Assembly: GCA_964551965.1 (NCBI GenBank)
Contig: CAZKFB010000002.1
Location: 1,457-65,456, forward strand
Origin: an uncultured Muribaculaceae bacterium
GTDB taxonomy: Bacteria; Bacillota_I; Bacilli_A; RF39; UBA660
Direction of reading: 5' to 3'
Length of the DNA: 64,000 bases
Under the pieces are notes generated by a model. The model ran no database searches. It was not told the origin of the DNA and worked only from the letters and a program-made list of their open reading frames with translations. Made by a program: the position numbers and the translations under genes. Shown here piece by piece: positions 54,347 to 64,000 of the stretch; positions within the stretch are counted from its first letter, which is position 1, and each line of letters opens with the position of its first letter.

Positions 54347-55229
54347 AATTATTAGAAAAAATGTAAGAGATGCTTTTAAAAGCGTATTTCGTAATTTCTC
54401 TTTATCAATGGCCTCTATTTCTTGTACTTCAATAACATTAATACTTGTTTCTATTGCTTTAGTAGTAACTTATAATGTCAATTCTATTACTAGAAGTATT
54501 GAAGACGTATTAACTGTTATTGTATTTGTCGATAAAGATGCTACAGAACAAGATATTGAAAATGTTAGATTTCAAATAGAAAGCAATAGTAATATTGATA
54601 AGAAAGATGTTATTTATCGTACAAAGGATGAAATAAAAGAATCTCTAAGTGAAGATGAAGATTTAAAAAGTATATTTGATACTTTAGATGAAAATCCTAT
54701 TCAATCAGCTTTTGTTGTAAAAGTAAAAGACATAAAGAAGATTACTGATACAGCAAATAGTTTTAAGAATATTCCTTTTGTTAAACAAGTTAAATATGGG
54801 GAATCCATGGTCAATAGATTATTGTCAATGTTTGATGTTATAAGAAATGCTTGTGTAATTGCCTGTATAGCACTTATTCTAGTAACGGCATTCTTAATTG
54901 GTAATACAATTAAAATAACAATATTCTCTCGTCGTCAAGAAATAGCTATTATGAGATTAGTTGGAACGAGTAATACTGTTATTAAAATGCCTTTCTTAAT
55001 TGAAGGATTTGTCTTAGGATTTATTGGAGCTATTGTACCAATATTATTAACTATCTATGGATATACATTCTTATATGATTATGTAGGAGGTCGTCTATTT
55101 ACGGATTTAATTGTTTTAGTTAAACCATCAGAAATAATCTATGCTGCTAGTTTAGTTGTATTAATTGTTGGTGGTTTAGTCGGTATGTTTGGGTCACTTC
55201 GTGCTGTAAGGAGGTATTTAAAGATATAA
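54333..55229 (+). CDS. ftsX: Cell-division ABC transporter permease FtsX
   Basis: FtsX topology (TM, extracellular domain, 3 TM segments). 14-nt overlap with ftsE. Confidence 0.9.
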   Translation: MKIFRIIRKNVRDAFKSVFRNFSLSMASISCTSITLILVSIALVVTYNVNSITRSIEDVLTVIVFVDKDATEQDIENVRFQIESNSNIDKKDVIYRTKDEIKESLSEDEDLKSIFDTLDENPIQSAFVVKVKDIKKITDTANSFKNIPFVKQVKYGESMVNRLLSMFDVIRNACVIACIALILVTAFLIGNTIKITIFSRRQEIAIMRLVGTSNTVIKMPFLIEGFVLGFIGAIVPILLTIYGYTFLYDYVGGRLFTDLIVLVKPSEIIYAASLVVLIVGGLVGMFGSLRAVRRYLKI

Positions 55230-56437
55230 TGAAAAAGAAAGTAGTTACAATATTAACTTTAATTATTACTGTTATATTATTATCAGTTCCTTCTAGTGAA
55301 GCAGCGTCAAAAGCAATGACACTAAAAGATTTAAAAGATGAATTAGCTTCATTGAAGAAACAACAAAGTAGTACTAGTTCTAGCCAAAAACTCACTCAAG
55401 GTCAGATTAATAGTACTAAGAACAACATTTATAGTAAGCAAACAGAAATAGAAAAAAACCAAAATAGAATAACGGAAGCCCAAAATGAATCTGCAGCCTT
55501 AGAAGTAGAAATAGCTAATGGGAAAGAAGAATTAGCAAGTATTTTATCTACTTATCAAATAGCTAATGGAGATAATGTCTATCTTGAATATATCTTTAAG
55601 GCTAAGACTTTTGAAGATTTAGTTTATCGTTATGCCGTTATGGAGCAAGTAATGAATTATCAAGATGATAGAATAACTGGATGGAAGAATAAAATTGATC
55701 AAAATAACCAATTAAAAATAGAATTGCAAGAAAGAGAAAAAAATTTAAATATGCAAATAAATTCATTGAATAAGGAAGTTGATAAGTTAGGTGACAAACT
55801 GGCTGAATTAGATGAAATGTTTCGCGATATTTCAGCGGAGATAAAATCAGTACAAGATTCAATTAGTTATTATGAGAGTATTGGTTGTGGACTAAATGAG
55901 TCATTAGATGTTTGTCTTTCAGTTAAAGGAGATAGGGTATTTAGCCGACCTTTAGTTAAGGCAAATAGAATAAGTTCAGAATTTGGTTATCGTACCCATC
56001 CTGTAACTCATCAACCAAATAAATTCCATAGTGGTACTGATATTTCAATTGGTGAAGGAAATAAGGTTTATCCTGTTGCGAACGGAACAGTATTTAAAAT
56101 TGTTAGACAATCAAAGTGTGGCGGAAATATGGTGTATATTCACCATTTAGTAAATGGTAAAAAATGGACTTCTTGTTCAATGCATTTATTAACTATCAAT
56201 GTAAAGATGGGTCAACAAGTTACAAGTCAAACAGTAATTGGTACAGTTGGTGGGTGGACAACCGCAAAACAGAATGGTGGTTATGATAAATGTACGACCG
56301 GACCTCATCTACATTTAAGTTTAGCGACTGGATGGTATGAAAAAGATTATAGACCTTACAATACATATCGTAGTCGTCTAGTAAATCCAAGAAGTTATAT
56401 TAATCTACCTAAAAGTGGATGGTCATCAAGATATTAG
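55229..56437 (+). CDS. Coiled-coil M23 peptidase (EnvC/PcsB-type partner of FtsEX)
   Basis: Signal peptide, a 200-aa coiled coil, and an M23 domain (HSGTDIS...GGNMVYIHH...CSMHL...GPHLHLS). 1-nt overlap with ftsX. Confidence 0.8.
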   Translation: MKKKVVTILTLIITVILLSVPSSEAASKAMTLKDLKDELASLKKQQSSTSSSQKLTQGQINSTKNNIYSKQTEIEKNQNRITEAQNESAALEVEIANGKEELASILSTYQIANGDNVYLEYIFKAKTFEDLVYRYAVMEQVMNYQDDRITGWKNKIDQNNQLKIELQEREKNLNMQINSLNKEVDKLGDKLAELDEMFRDISAEIKSVQDSISYYESIGCGLNESLDVCLSVKGDRVFSRPLVKANRISSEFGYRTHPVTHQPNKFHSGTDISIGEGNKVYPVANGTVFKIVRQSKCGGNMVYIHHLVNGKKWTSCSMHLLTINVKMGQQVTSQTVIGTVGGWTTAKQNGGYDKCTTGPHLHLSLATGWYEKDYRPYNTYRSRLVNPRSYINLPKSGWSSRY

Positions 56438-56446
56438 GAGGGAACC

Positions 56447-57235
56447 ATGAAAAGTAGAATTATAAGTGGCATAATAATTGCCATCATCGTTATACCAACA
56501 TTGTATTTTGGTGGATTCATTTATAATTTAGCAATTGGAATTTTAAGTGTATTAGCATTTAAGGAATTAATTGATGTTAAAAAAGATGTAACAATACCAA
56601 ATTCTATGAAATTAGTTGGATTAATTTGTATGCTATTATTAATATTTATATCAAAGGAAAATCAGAGTTTGCTATTTGGTTTAAGCTATGAGACATTGTC
56701 GATTGTCTTCTTAAGTTTATTGGCACCAACAATCTTCTTTAAGGATAAAAGTTACAATGCCACATCGGCATTCTATCTAGCATCAATATGCATTTTCTTA
56801 GGTGTAATATTTAATTTATTTATAGCACTTTATAATGCATCGCTTATGCAATTTATATATGTTATACTAATAGCATGTATGACAGATATATTTGCTCTCT
56901 TTGGGGGTAAATTAATTGGTCATCATAAATTAACTAAAATATCGCCAGGAAAAACTATTGAAGGATCCCTAATTGGAACTTTAGTTGCTACTGTTGTAGG
57001 AACGACATTCTATATAACATTCATTGAATATTCTTCCGTAGTAACTATTGTAATAATAACAATACTATTATCAGTTATTGGTCAAATTGGTGATATCTTC
57101 TTTAGTTTAATAAAGAGAGAAAATGGAGTAAAAGATTATTCTAATTTAATACCTGGACATGGTGGTATATTAGATCGTTTAGATAGTATAATATTTATAC
57201 TTATAGCATTTATATTTATGATGCAATTCTTATAG
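56447..57235 (+). CDS. cdsA: Phosphatidate cytidylyltransferase
   Basis: C-terminal signature SLIKRENGVKDYSNLIPGHGGILDRLDS. Confidence 0.9.
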   Translation: MKSRIISGIIIAIIVIPTLYFGGFIYNLAIGILSVLAFKELIDVKKDVTIPNSMKLVGLICMLLLIFISKENQSLLFGLSYETLSIVFLSLLAPTIFFKDKSYNATSAFYLASICIFLGVIFNLFIALYNASLMQFIYVILIACMTDIFALFGGKLIGHHKLTKISPGKTIEGSLIGTLVATVVGTTFYITFIEYSSVVTIVIITILLSVIGQIGDIFFSLIKRENGVKDYSNLIPGHGGILDRLDSIIFILIAFIFMMQFL

Positions 57236-57245
57236 GAGGAAATTT

Positions 57246-58550
57246 ATGGAAGCAAAAGAAAAAAAGAGTACAACTGGTAGAGCAAAAAAAGAAGTAAGTA
57301 AGACTCCAAAAGTTGAAGAAGTAAAAAATAACCAAAATGAAGAAAAAGTAACTTTAAAAAATATATTAATATTACTTGCTATTATTGTAGCAATAGTAGT
57401 AGTTTTAGTATTCTTTAAGGGAACAGTTGCTTGGAATATTGTTGTATTGTTACTAATATTGACTGTGCTTATCTTTGTTCATGAAGGTGGACATTTCTTG
57501 ATGGCTAAAAAGTGTGGAGTATTTGTATCTGAGTTTGCTTTAGGAATGGGACCAAAAGTATGTGGCTTTAAGAGAAAAGGTGATCCAACTCAATATTCAC
57601 TTCGTGCTCTTCCAATTGGCGGATATTGTCAAATGGCCGGTGAAGAGATGGAAGATATTGATAATTTACCAAAAGACCAATTTATGTGCAATAAGACAAA
57701 GTTACAAAGAACATTAATTTTAGTTGCTGGAGTAACTATGAATTTTATTACAGCAATTCTATTACTTTTCTTTATTTCATTAGTTTGGGGACATACAGAA
57801 CAAAGAAGTTATGTTGGACATGTCGAACCAAATACACCAGCATATGAAGCGGGAATTGTTGAAGGAGATCGTGTTCTTGAATTTAATGGACATAAAGTAA
57901 GTACATGGGATGATTTAACAGTTGTCTCAGCTATGAAAAATAAGAATAATAAATACGTTTATAAAGTAAAGAAGAACGATGGAAAAGTAGTTGAATATGA
58001 GCTTGTTCCAATCGACAGTGTTACTATCGAAGGAAAGAGTATTTTAGTTAAGGGAGATACTACTTTAGAAAGTATTGCTAAAGAATATGATAAAGATGTT
58101 GATGATTTAGTTGTAACAAAAGTAATTGGTATATCATCACCACAAAAAAGAATTAATGGATTTATTCCATCAATTGAATATGCATTTACTAAATTCGGAA
58201 GTGTTGTAAAGACGATGATTTCCATTATTGCTAATTTAATTACTGGTAATATTGGATTAAATGCTTTATCAGGACCGGTAGGAATGTATACGGTAGTTGA
58301 TACAGCCGCTAAATTTGGAATAGCTAATATAATATTCCTTATGGCATATCTTTCAATTAACTTGGGAGTACTAAATATATTACCATTCCCGGCATTTGAT
58401 GGAGGTAGATTATTGTTTGTAATTATTGAAGCAGTAACTCGTAAAAAAGTAGATGCTAGAGTAGAAGGATATTTCCATACTATTGGTTTTATCTTAATAA
58501 TGATGTTAATGTTATATATTACATTCCAAGATATATTAAATTTATTCTAA
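57246..58550 (+). CDS. rseP: RIP site-2 metalloprotease RseP/RasP (M50) with a Lys-rich N-terminal extension
   Basis: HEGGHFLMAKKCGV (HExxH), a PDZ segment, and C-terminal NLGVLNILPFPAFDGG. About 45 extra basic residues precede the first TM segment. Confidence 0.9.
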   Translation: MEAKEKKSTTGRAKKEVSKTPKVEEVKNNQNEEKVTLKNILILLAIIVAIVVVLVFFKGTVAWNIVVLLLILTVLIFVHEGGHFLMAKKCGVFVSEFALGMGPKVCGFKRKGDPTQYSLRALPIGGYCQMAGEEMEDIDNLPKDQFMCNKTKLQRTLILVAGVTMNFITAILLLFFISLVWGHTEQRSYVGHVEPNTPAYEAGIVEGDRVLEFNGHKVSTWDDLTVVSAMKNKNNKYVYKVKKNDGKVVEYELVPIDSVTIEGKSILVKGDTTLESIAKEYDKDVDDLVVTKVIGISSPQKRINGFIPSIEYAFTKFGSVVKTMISIIANLITGNIGLNALSGPVGMYTVVDTAAKFGIANIIFLMAYLSINLGVLNILPFPAFDGGRLLFVIIEAVTRKKVDARVEGYFHTIGFILIMMLMLYITFQDILNLF

Positions 58551-58576
58551 GCAAGAATTATTTCTTGCTTTTTTAT
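58549..58576 (+). terminator. Rho-independent terminator
   Basis: aagcaagaa-ttat-ttcttgctt hairpin plus T-run. Confidence 0.75.
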
Positions 58577-58631
58577 TGTGTATGTATAAATTTTGTGGTA
58601 TATTAATATATATGAATAGAGAGGTGGTTAA

Positions 58632-59438
58632 ATGGGATCTTTCGCGTCATTTATCGAAAGTGAAGCTTTTTTTCCTGTTTTAATATTGTTATTAATGATA
58701 TTAATGTTCACATTTGTCTCTATTCTAATGTCTGGTAAAAAACAAGAAAAAAAGAAAATGCAAGAGAGAAAAAAAATTCAAATTGATGAGAATGCTCAAA
58801 TTCAATTAGTTCAACATGGAGAAAAAACACATAATATTGAACATGTTGAAAATAAAGAAAAGGAAATTGGTGGGACGGAAGTAGGATTAGTTAAAGAGGT
58901 TGAAGCTGCTGAACTTGAAGAAGTAGAAGAAGAACTAGATACTATGCGTATTACAGTAGAAGAAAGTCAAGAAATTAAAGTTACTGATTATACTAGACCA
59001 ATTGAAGATATGGAAGATGAGTATGTTGTTCAACATCAAAATGCTTTAGAAGAAGAATTAAATGAATCAGAAATTGTTAAAGTTGAAATGACTGAACCAA
59101 CTGATAATTCTAATGAAATTGGTGAAGAAATAAATATTCCAATATCAACACCAAAAGAAGAAGTTGATGAAGAACCAATAATAACTCAAGATATTAATAA
59201 AAATAGCAATTCAAAAGATGCTTTTGAAATGAATGCTGATGAAGATCATACGATAAATGAAACTGTTGAATATGAACCTCCAAAAGAATATGATGGAGAT
59301 AAAACAGAAATACTTGATTTCCCTGATTTTGGTTTCTTAGATGATGATAGTTCAAACAATGTTGAAACAAAAATATTAGATCAAGCAAACAAATATATCG
59401 AAACTATAATGGAAAGTAGAGAAACGCATGAAAAATAA
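58632..59438 (+). CDS. Membrane-anchored, highly acidic hypothetical protein
   Basis: N-terminal TM segment and a K-rich patch, followed by a long E/D-rich low-complexity region. Confidence 0.55.
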   Translation: MGSFASFIESEAFFPVLILLLMILMFTFVSILMSGKKQEKKKMQERKKIQIDENAQIQLVQHGEKTHNIEHVENKEKEIGGTEVGLVKEVEAAELEEVEEELDTMRITVEESQEIKVTDYTRPIEDMEDEYVVQHQNALEEELNESEIVKVEMTEPTDNSNEIGEEINIPISTPKEEVDEEPIITQDINKNSNSKDAFEMNADEDHTINETVEYEPPKEYDGDKTEILDFPDFGFLDDDSSNNVETKILDQANKYIETIMESRETHEK

Positions 59439-59601
59439 AGTAGATTTTGAAGATGTATATTTAGAATATCCTGAATCATTGGAAAATGAAGAGGAACAAG
59501 TTAAAGAAACTGAAGAACAAGAAGAGATGACTAATACAACTAAATTGAGTTTAGAAGAATTACAAAAAAGATTAGAAGAGACTCAAAGTTTACGATTATA
59601 A
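59428..59601 (+). CDS. 57-aa acidic micro-ORF (MKNKVDFEDVYLEYPESLENEEEQ...)
   Basis: Read from the sequence. 11-nt overlap with the previous stop codon. Followed directly by the hairpin agaca...tgtct plus T9. Below the track cut-off. Confidence 0.3.
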   Translation: MKNKVDFEDVYLEYPESLENEEEQVKETEEQEEMTNTTKLSLEELQKRLEETQSLRL

Positions 59602-59658
59602 GACACTAAAAGTTGTCTTTTTTTTTATTTTATGATAAATTTTATTAAGGTGAGGATT

Positions 59659-61569
59659 ATGGCAAAAAAAGACTATAATGCAGATTCTATTAAAATATTA
59701 GAGGGTTTGGAAGCAGTTAGAAAAAGACCAGGAATGTACATTGGTTCAACGGATAAACGTGGGCTTCACCATTTAGTATGGGAAATTGTAGATAACTGTA
59801 TTGATGAAATAATTAATGGTTATGGAGATAAGATAAAGATTAGACTTAATACTGATGGTTCAATAACAATTGCTGATAATGGACGTGGTGTTCCTATTGG
59901 TATGCATTCATCAGGTAAATCAACTCCTGAAGTTGTTTATACAGTATTACATGCCGGAGGTAAATTCGAAGAAGGTAACTATAAAGTTAGTGGTGGACTA
60001 CATGGAGTAGGTGCATCAGTAGTTAATGCTTTATCTGATTGGATGGATGTTACAATCTATACTGATGGTCTTATATCTAATATTAGATTCAAAAATGGTG
60101 GAGAAGTCGATAGTCCTTTAAAGAAAATTGGTGAATCTAAGAAGACAGGTACTTGTGTAACATTTAAACCAAATTATGAAATATTTAAAAATTGTCAATT
60201 TTCATTTTCAACAATATGTGAAAGAATGCAAGAGAGTGCTTTCCTTTTAAGTAACTTAACTGTTGAACTTGAAAATTCTATCGATAAAAAGCAAGTAGTA
60301 TATCATTATGAAAATGGACTTATTAGTTTTATTGAATTTATTAATGAAGATAAAAAGCCCCTTCATAATGTATTACCAATACATGGAGCTAAGTCGGGTA
60401 TTGAAGTAGATATCGCGCTTCAATATACGGAGAGCTACAATGAATCAATACTATCATTTGTTAACAATGTTAAGACAACTGATGGAGGTTCTCATGAAGT
60501 TGGATTCAAGTCCGGTATTACTAAAGCATTTAATGACTATGCTAAAGATCATGGATTACTTAAAGGCAAAGATACATTTGATGGTGCTGACGTTCGTGAG
60601 GGAGTAAGTGCTGTTATTAATTTGAAGATACCGGAAGATAAACTTCAATTCGAAGGACAAACAAAAGGTAAATTGGGAACTCCTGAAGCAAGAACAATAA
60701 CAGAACAAATAACTTATGAAAATATGAAATTCTTCTTAGAAGAGAATAAAGAGATGGCTCTTACTATTGTTGATAAAGCTGCTCGTAGTAAAGTTGCAAG
60801 AGAAGCTGCAAGAAAAGCAAGAGAAGCCGCAAGACAAGGTAAAGGTAAGGAAAAGAAAGATAAGATACTTTCTGGTAAACTTGCTAAAGCAACGGGAAAA
60901 GATAATAAAAAGAATGAATTATTCTTAGTAGAGGGAGATTCAGCCGGCGGTAGTGCAAAGACAGGAAGAAATCGTGAAACACAAGCGATACTACCTCTTC
61001 GTGGTAAAGTATTAAACTGTGAAAAAGCAAGCACTAACGATATTAACTCTAATGAAGAATTAAATACTTTAATCTATGCTATTGGAGCTGGAGTAGGAAA
61101 TGACTTTGATGCTAGTGAATCTAACTATGGTAAAATCATTATCATGACCGATGCCGATGATGATGGAGCTCATATTCAAATATTACTATTAACATTCTTC
61201 TATCGTCACATGAGACCACTTATTGAAAATGGTATGTTATATATAGCAAATCCTCCTTTATATGCCTTAGATTTTGGAAAATATAAAGAATATATAGCTA
61301 CTGATGAAGAATTAGAATCAAGAAAAAAAGAATTAAAGCCAAATAGTTATAAGGTACAAAGATTTAAAGGTTTAGGTGAAATGGATTCTGATGAATTATT
61401 TGAAACAACAATGGCACCAGAAACTAGAAGTCTAATTAAAGTAAGTATTACTGATGCTGCCCTAGCAGAAAAGAGAGTATCAGTGCTTATGGGAGATAAA
61501 GTCGAACCTCGTAAAGAGTGGATAAATGAAAATGTCGATTTTACTTTAGAAGATAATTTTAGGAGGTAA
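59659..61569 (+). CDS. parE: DNA topoisomerase IV subunit B
   Basis: The ATG at 59659 follows AAGGTGAGGA. GHKL ATPase and Toprim motifs (LEGLEAVRKRPGMYIG, EGDSAGG, PLRGKVLN, MTDADDDGAHI). Called ParE because the downstream partner has ParC signatures. Confidence 0.8.
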   Translation: MAKKDYNADSIKILEGLEAVRKRPGMYIGSTDKRGLHHLVWEIVDNCIDEIINGYGDKIKIRLNTDGSITIADNGRGVPIGMHSSGKSTPEVVYTVLHAGGKFEEGNYKVSGGLHGVGASVVNALSDWMDVTIYTDGLISNIRFKNGGEVDSPLKKIGESKKTGTCVTFKPNYEIFKNCQFSFSTICERMQESAFLLSNLTVELENSIDKKQVVYHYENGLISFIEFINEDKKPLHNVLPIHGAKSGIEVDIALQYTESYNESILSFVNNVKTTDGGSHEVGFKSGITKAFNDYAKDHGLLKGKDTFDGADVREGVSAVINLKIPEDKLQFEGQTKGKLGTPEARTITEQITYENMKFFLEENKEMALTIVDKAARSKVAREAARKAREAARQGKGKEKKDKILSGKLAKATGKDNKKNELFLVEGDSAGGSAKTGRNRETQAILPLRGKVLNCEKASTNDINSNEELNTLIYAIGAGVGNDFDASESNYGKIIIMTDADDDGAHIQILLLTFFYRHMRPLIENGMLYIANPPLYALDFGKYKEYIATDEELESRKKELKPNSYKVQRFKGLGEMDSDELFETTMAPETRSLIKVSITDAALAEKRVSVLMGDKVEPRKEWINENVDFTLEDNFRR

Positions 61570-61571
61570 TC

Positions 61572-64000
61572 ATGAAAAAGAACACGGAAGAGAAAACAAT
61601 AATAGAAAAAATTTATGATTATACCTTAGAAGATATAATGGGAGATCGTTTTGGTCGTTATTCGAAATCAATTATTCAAGATCGTGCATTGCCTGATGTA
61701 AGAGATGGATTAAAACCAGTTCAAAGAAGAATTTTATGGACAATGTGGGAAAACCATAATACATATGATAAACCTTATCGTAAATGTGGAAAAATTGTTG
61801 GGGATGTAATGGGGAAATACCATCCTCACGGAGATTCATCAATTTATGGTGCTATGATTTATATGTCCCAAAATTGGAAAGTACGTGAAAGATTTGTCGA
61901 TGTTCATGGTAATAATGGATCAATTGATGGTGATGGACCTGCTGCATATCGTTATACTGAATGTCGTCTAACAAAACTTGCTGAAGTAATGTTAAAAGAT
62001 ATCAATAGGAATTCTGTTGAAATGACTTTAAACTATTCTGATGAAGATTTAGAGCCTACGGTATTGCCAGCTAATTATCCAAATCTACTTGTTAATGGAT
62101 CTACAGGTATTTCGGCTGGTTATGCAACAAATATTCCTCCTCACAATTTAGGAGAAATTATCGATGCTACTGTTCATCGTATTGATAATCCAAATTGTAG
62201 ATTAGATACCATATTAAACTTTGTTAAGGGACCTGATTTTCCAACGGGTGGTATTATTGAAGGCCGTGAAGGTTTAATAAATGCATACTCTACAGGACGT
62301 GGAAAAGTAGTTGTTAAAGCTAAAACAGAAATTATTAAAGAAAAAGGTAAACATCAAATTATTATTCATGAAATACCTTTTGATGTAATAAAAGAACAAT
62401 TAAGAAAAAAGATTGAAGATATTAAGATAGATAAAAAAGTTGAAGGAATCGTCGATGTATATGATATTTCTGACAAAGATCATATGGGAAAGATGATGAT
62501 TGAACTTAAAAAGGAAGCTAATTCAGAACTTATCTTAAATTATTTACTTAAGAATACTGAATTACAAGTAAACTATAACTTCAATATGGTTGCTATTGTT
62601 AATCGCCGACCAATGATGGTTGGTATCCTTGAAATATTAGATGCTTTTATAGCTCATCAAAAAGAAGTTATTATTAAGAGAACTAAGTTTGATTTAGAAC
62701 ATGCGGAAAAGAGATTACATATTGTTGAAGGTCTTTTAAAAGCCGTATCTGTTTTAGATGAAGTAATTAAGATAATTCGTGGATCAAAGAATAAAGCTGA
62801 TTCAATTGAGAATTTAATGGGTAAATTTGATTTCACTGAAGAACAAGCAACAGCTATCGTTATGATGCGTTTATATACTTTATCTAATACAGATATTGAA
62901 GCATTACTAAGTGAACAAAGTGATTTGAATAAGATGATTGAATTCTTGAATCTTATTTTAAATGACGAAGCAATTCTAAAGAAACAAATGAAGAAAGAAT
63001 TACTTGAAATAAAGAAGAATTATGCAACTCCAAGATTAACAGAAATAAGAGATGAAATTACAGAAATCAAACTTGACATGAAGAGTATGATTCCAAAAGA
63101 AAATGTTATTGTTGTCGTTACTAACGAAGGTTATATTAAAAGAGTATCAAGCAAATCTTATGCTTCACGCGGAGAAGATGAAACAGGTTTAAAACCGGGA
63201 GATTATGTAACAGGTTTATACAATGTTACAACACTTGATAATATTTTAGTATTTACTAATTTAGGTAATTACTTATTTATACCAGTTCATAAAATAACGG
63301 AAGCTAAATGGAAAGATTTAGGAAAACATGTTAATAACTTTGTAACTATTTCGACTGATGAAAAAGTTGTTGCATCCGTACCATTTGTTAAAGGCGAGTA
63401 TTTAACTCTTGTAACTAAGAATGGTATGATTAAAAATACTTTAGTTGATGACTTTGAAGTTAGTAGGGCAAGTAAAGCCATGACTGCAATGAAGTTAAAA
63501 GATAATGATGAACTAATTAAAGTAATGATTACTAAGAAGAATATTATGACAGTTTCCCTTAATGGATTCTATTGCCTATTTGATTCCGAAGAAGTACCAA
63601 TATCTAGTACTAAGGCGAGTGGTGTAAAAGCAATTAATCTAAAAGATGATTATTTAGTTGATGCTCTGTCATATGATTCTACAGAATACATAAATGTTGT
63701 TACTAAACAAAAGACATCTAAACGTGTTAAAGCTAGTGATTTCAGTGTAACAGGAAGAGCAAAACGTGGATACCCATTAATTAAGAAAGTTAAATCAAAT
63801 GCTTATGAAATATTAAAATGCTTTGATTCAATGAGTAAAGATACTATTTGTATTAAATGTGATAATGATATTCATGAAATTAAAAATGCTGATATTCCAA
63901 TCATGGATTTATCTTCAACAGGATCAAGTATAAGCAAATATCAAATTGATGCTGTTTATAAGAAAAGTGAATTAATTAAAGTACAAGAAAAGGATTCTAA
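61572..64000 (+). CDS. parC: DNA topoisomerase IV subunit A (partial, runs off the window)
   Basis: Not in the ORF track because there is no stop in the window. The ATG at 61572 follows AGGAGG. The segment LEDIMGDRFGRYSKSIIQDRALPDVRDGLKPVQRRILW...HPHGDSSIYGAM...AAYRYTECRL (active-site Tyr) matches ParC; GDRFGRYSK and PVQRRIL are ParC-type rather than GyrA-type. Confidence 0.85.
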   Translation, partial: MKKNTEEKTIIEKIYDYTLEDIMGDRFGRYSKSIIQDRALPDVRDGLKPVQRRILWTMWENHNTYDKPYRKCGKIVGDVMGKYHPHGDSSIYGAMIYMSQNWKVRERFVDVHGNNGSIDGDGPAAYRYTECRLTKLAEVMLKDINRNSVEMTLNYSDEDLEPTVLPANYPNLLVNGSTGISAGYATNIPPHNLGEIIDATVHRIDNPNCRLDTILNFVKGPDFPTGGIIEGREGLINAYSTGRGKVVVKAKTEIIKEKGKHQIIIHEIPFDVIKEQLRKKIEDIKIDKKVEGIVDVYDISDKDHMGKMMIELKKEANSELILNYLLKNTELQVNYNFNMVAIVNRRPMMVGILEILDAFIAHQKEVIIKRTKFDLEHAEKRLHIVEGLLKAVSVLDEVIKIIRGSKNKADSIENLMGKFDFTEEQATAIVMMRLYTLSNTDIEALLSEQSDLNKMIEFLNLILNDEAILKKQMKKELLEIKKNYATPRLTEIRDEITEIKLDMKSMIPKENVIVVVTNEGYIKRVSSKSYASRGEDETGLKPGDYVTGLYNVTTLDNILVFTNLGNYLFIPVHKITEAKWKDLGKHVNNFVTISTDEKVVASVPFVKGEYLTLVTKNGMIKNTLVDDFEVSRASKAMTAMKLKDNDELIKVMITKKNIMTVSLNGFYCLFDSEEVPISSTKASGVKAINLKDDYLVDALSYDSTEYINVVTKQKTSKRVKASDFSVTGRAKRGYPLIKKVKSNAYEILKCFDSMSKDTICIKCDNDIHEIKNADIPIMDLSSTGSSISKYQIDAVYKKSELIKVQEKDS

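Noticed and set aside
59659-64000. Interpreting the topoisomerase pair as gyrB/gyrA.
   Set aside because: The A-subunit N-terminus carries GDRFGRYSKSIIQDRALPDVRDGLKPVQRRIL, which is ParC-type; GyrA has a different N-terminal block and PVHRR. There is no dnaA/dnaN/recF context. The call is made from motifs only, so parE confidence is kept at 0.8.

Overview
This is a strongly AT-rich, Bacillota-type chromosomal window. It looks like a spore-former: there is a CotD-like coat protein, several sortases, and no outer-membrane genes. Nearly all genes are on the + strand. All family calls come from motif and architecture recognition in the supplied translations; no searches were run.

Housekeeping content: mraY, a SEDS (FtsW/RodA/SpoVE) gene, tRNA-Arg(CCU), rpoZ, a Ca2+-type P-type ATPase, the L20-leader/infC/rpmI/rplT operon, tdk, a tmk-like kinase, rmuC, ftsE/ftsX plus a coiled-coil M23 peptidase, cdsA, rseP, and parE plus a partial parC.

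Accessory content:
1. A class B sortase next to a repeat-containing tail-anchored protein (780-2537).
2. A 2,200-aa giant surface protein (SH3b, many divergent Ig-like modules, Big_2, C-terminal dockerin). It is translationally coupled to two membrane-anchored cohesin-like proteins (10307-18931).
3. An ArpU-like regulator, a 37-aa micro-ORF, a thioester-domain adhesin with a non-LPXTG sorting signal, and a minimal sortase (23576-26912).
4. A 14.6-kb single-operon Gram-positive type IV secretion system (35744-50373). It has VirB6-like, VirB3-like, split VirB4, three cell-wall hydrolase domains, two VirB8-like proteins and a VirD4 coupling protein. It has no relaxase, integrase, replication gene or visible att repeats, and it sits between nucleotide-kinase genes and rmuC/ftsEX.

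Item 4 is my best candidate for an undescribed or repurposed system. Item 2 is second.

Smaller oddities: ribosomal protein L20 carries a Rho_N/SAP-like C-terminal extension, infC has a probable ATA start, and there is a tdk/phosphatase/AAA-CYTH/tmk-like block directly upstream of the T4SS.
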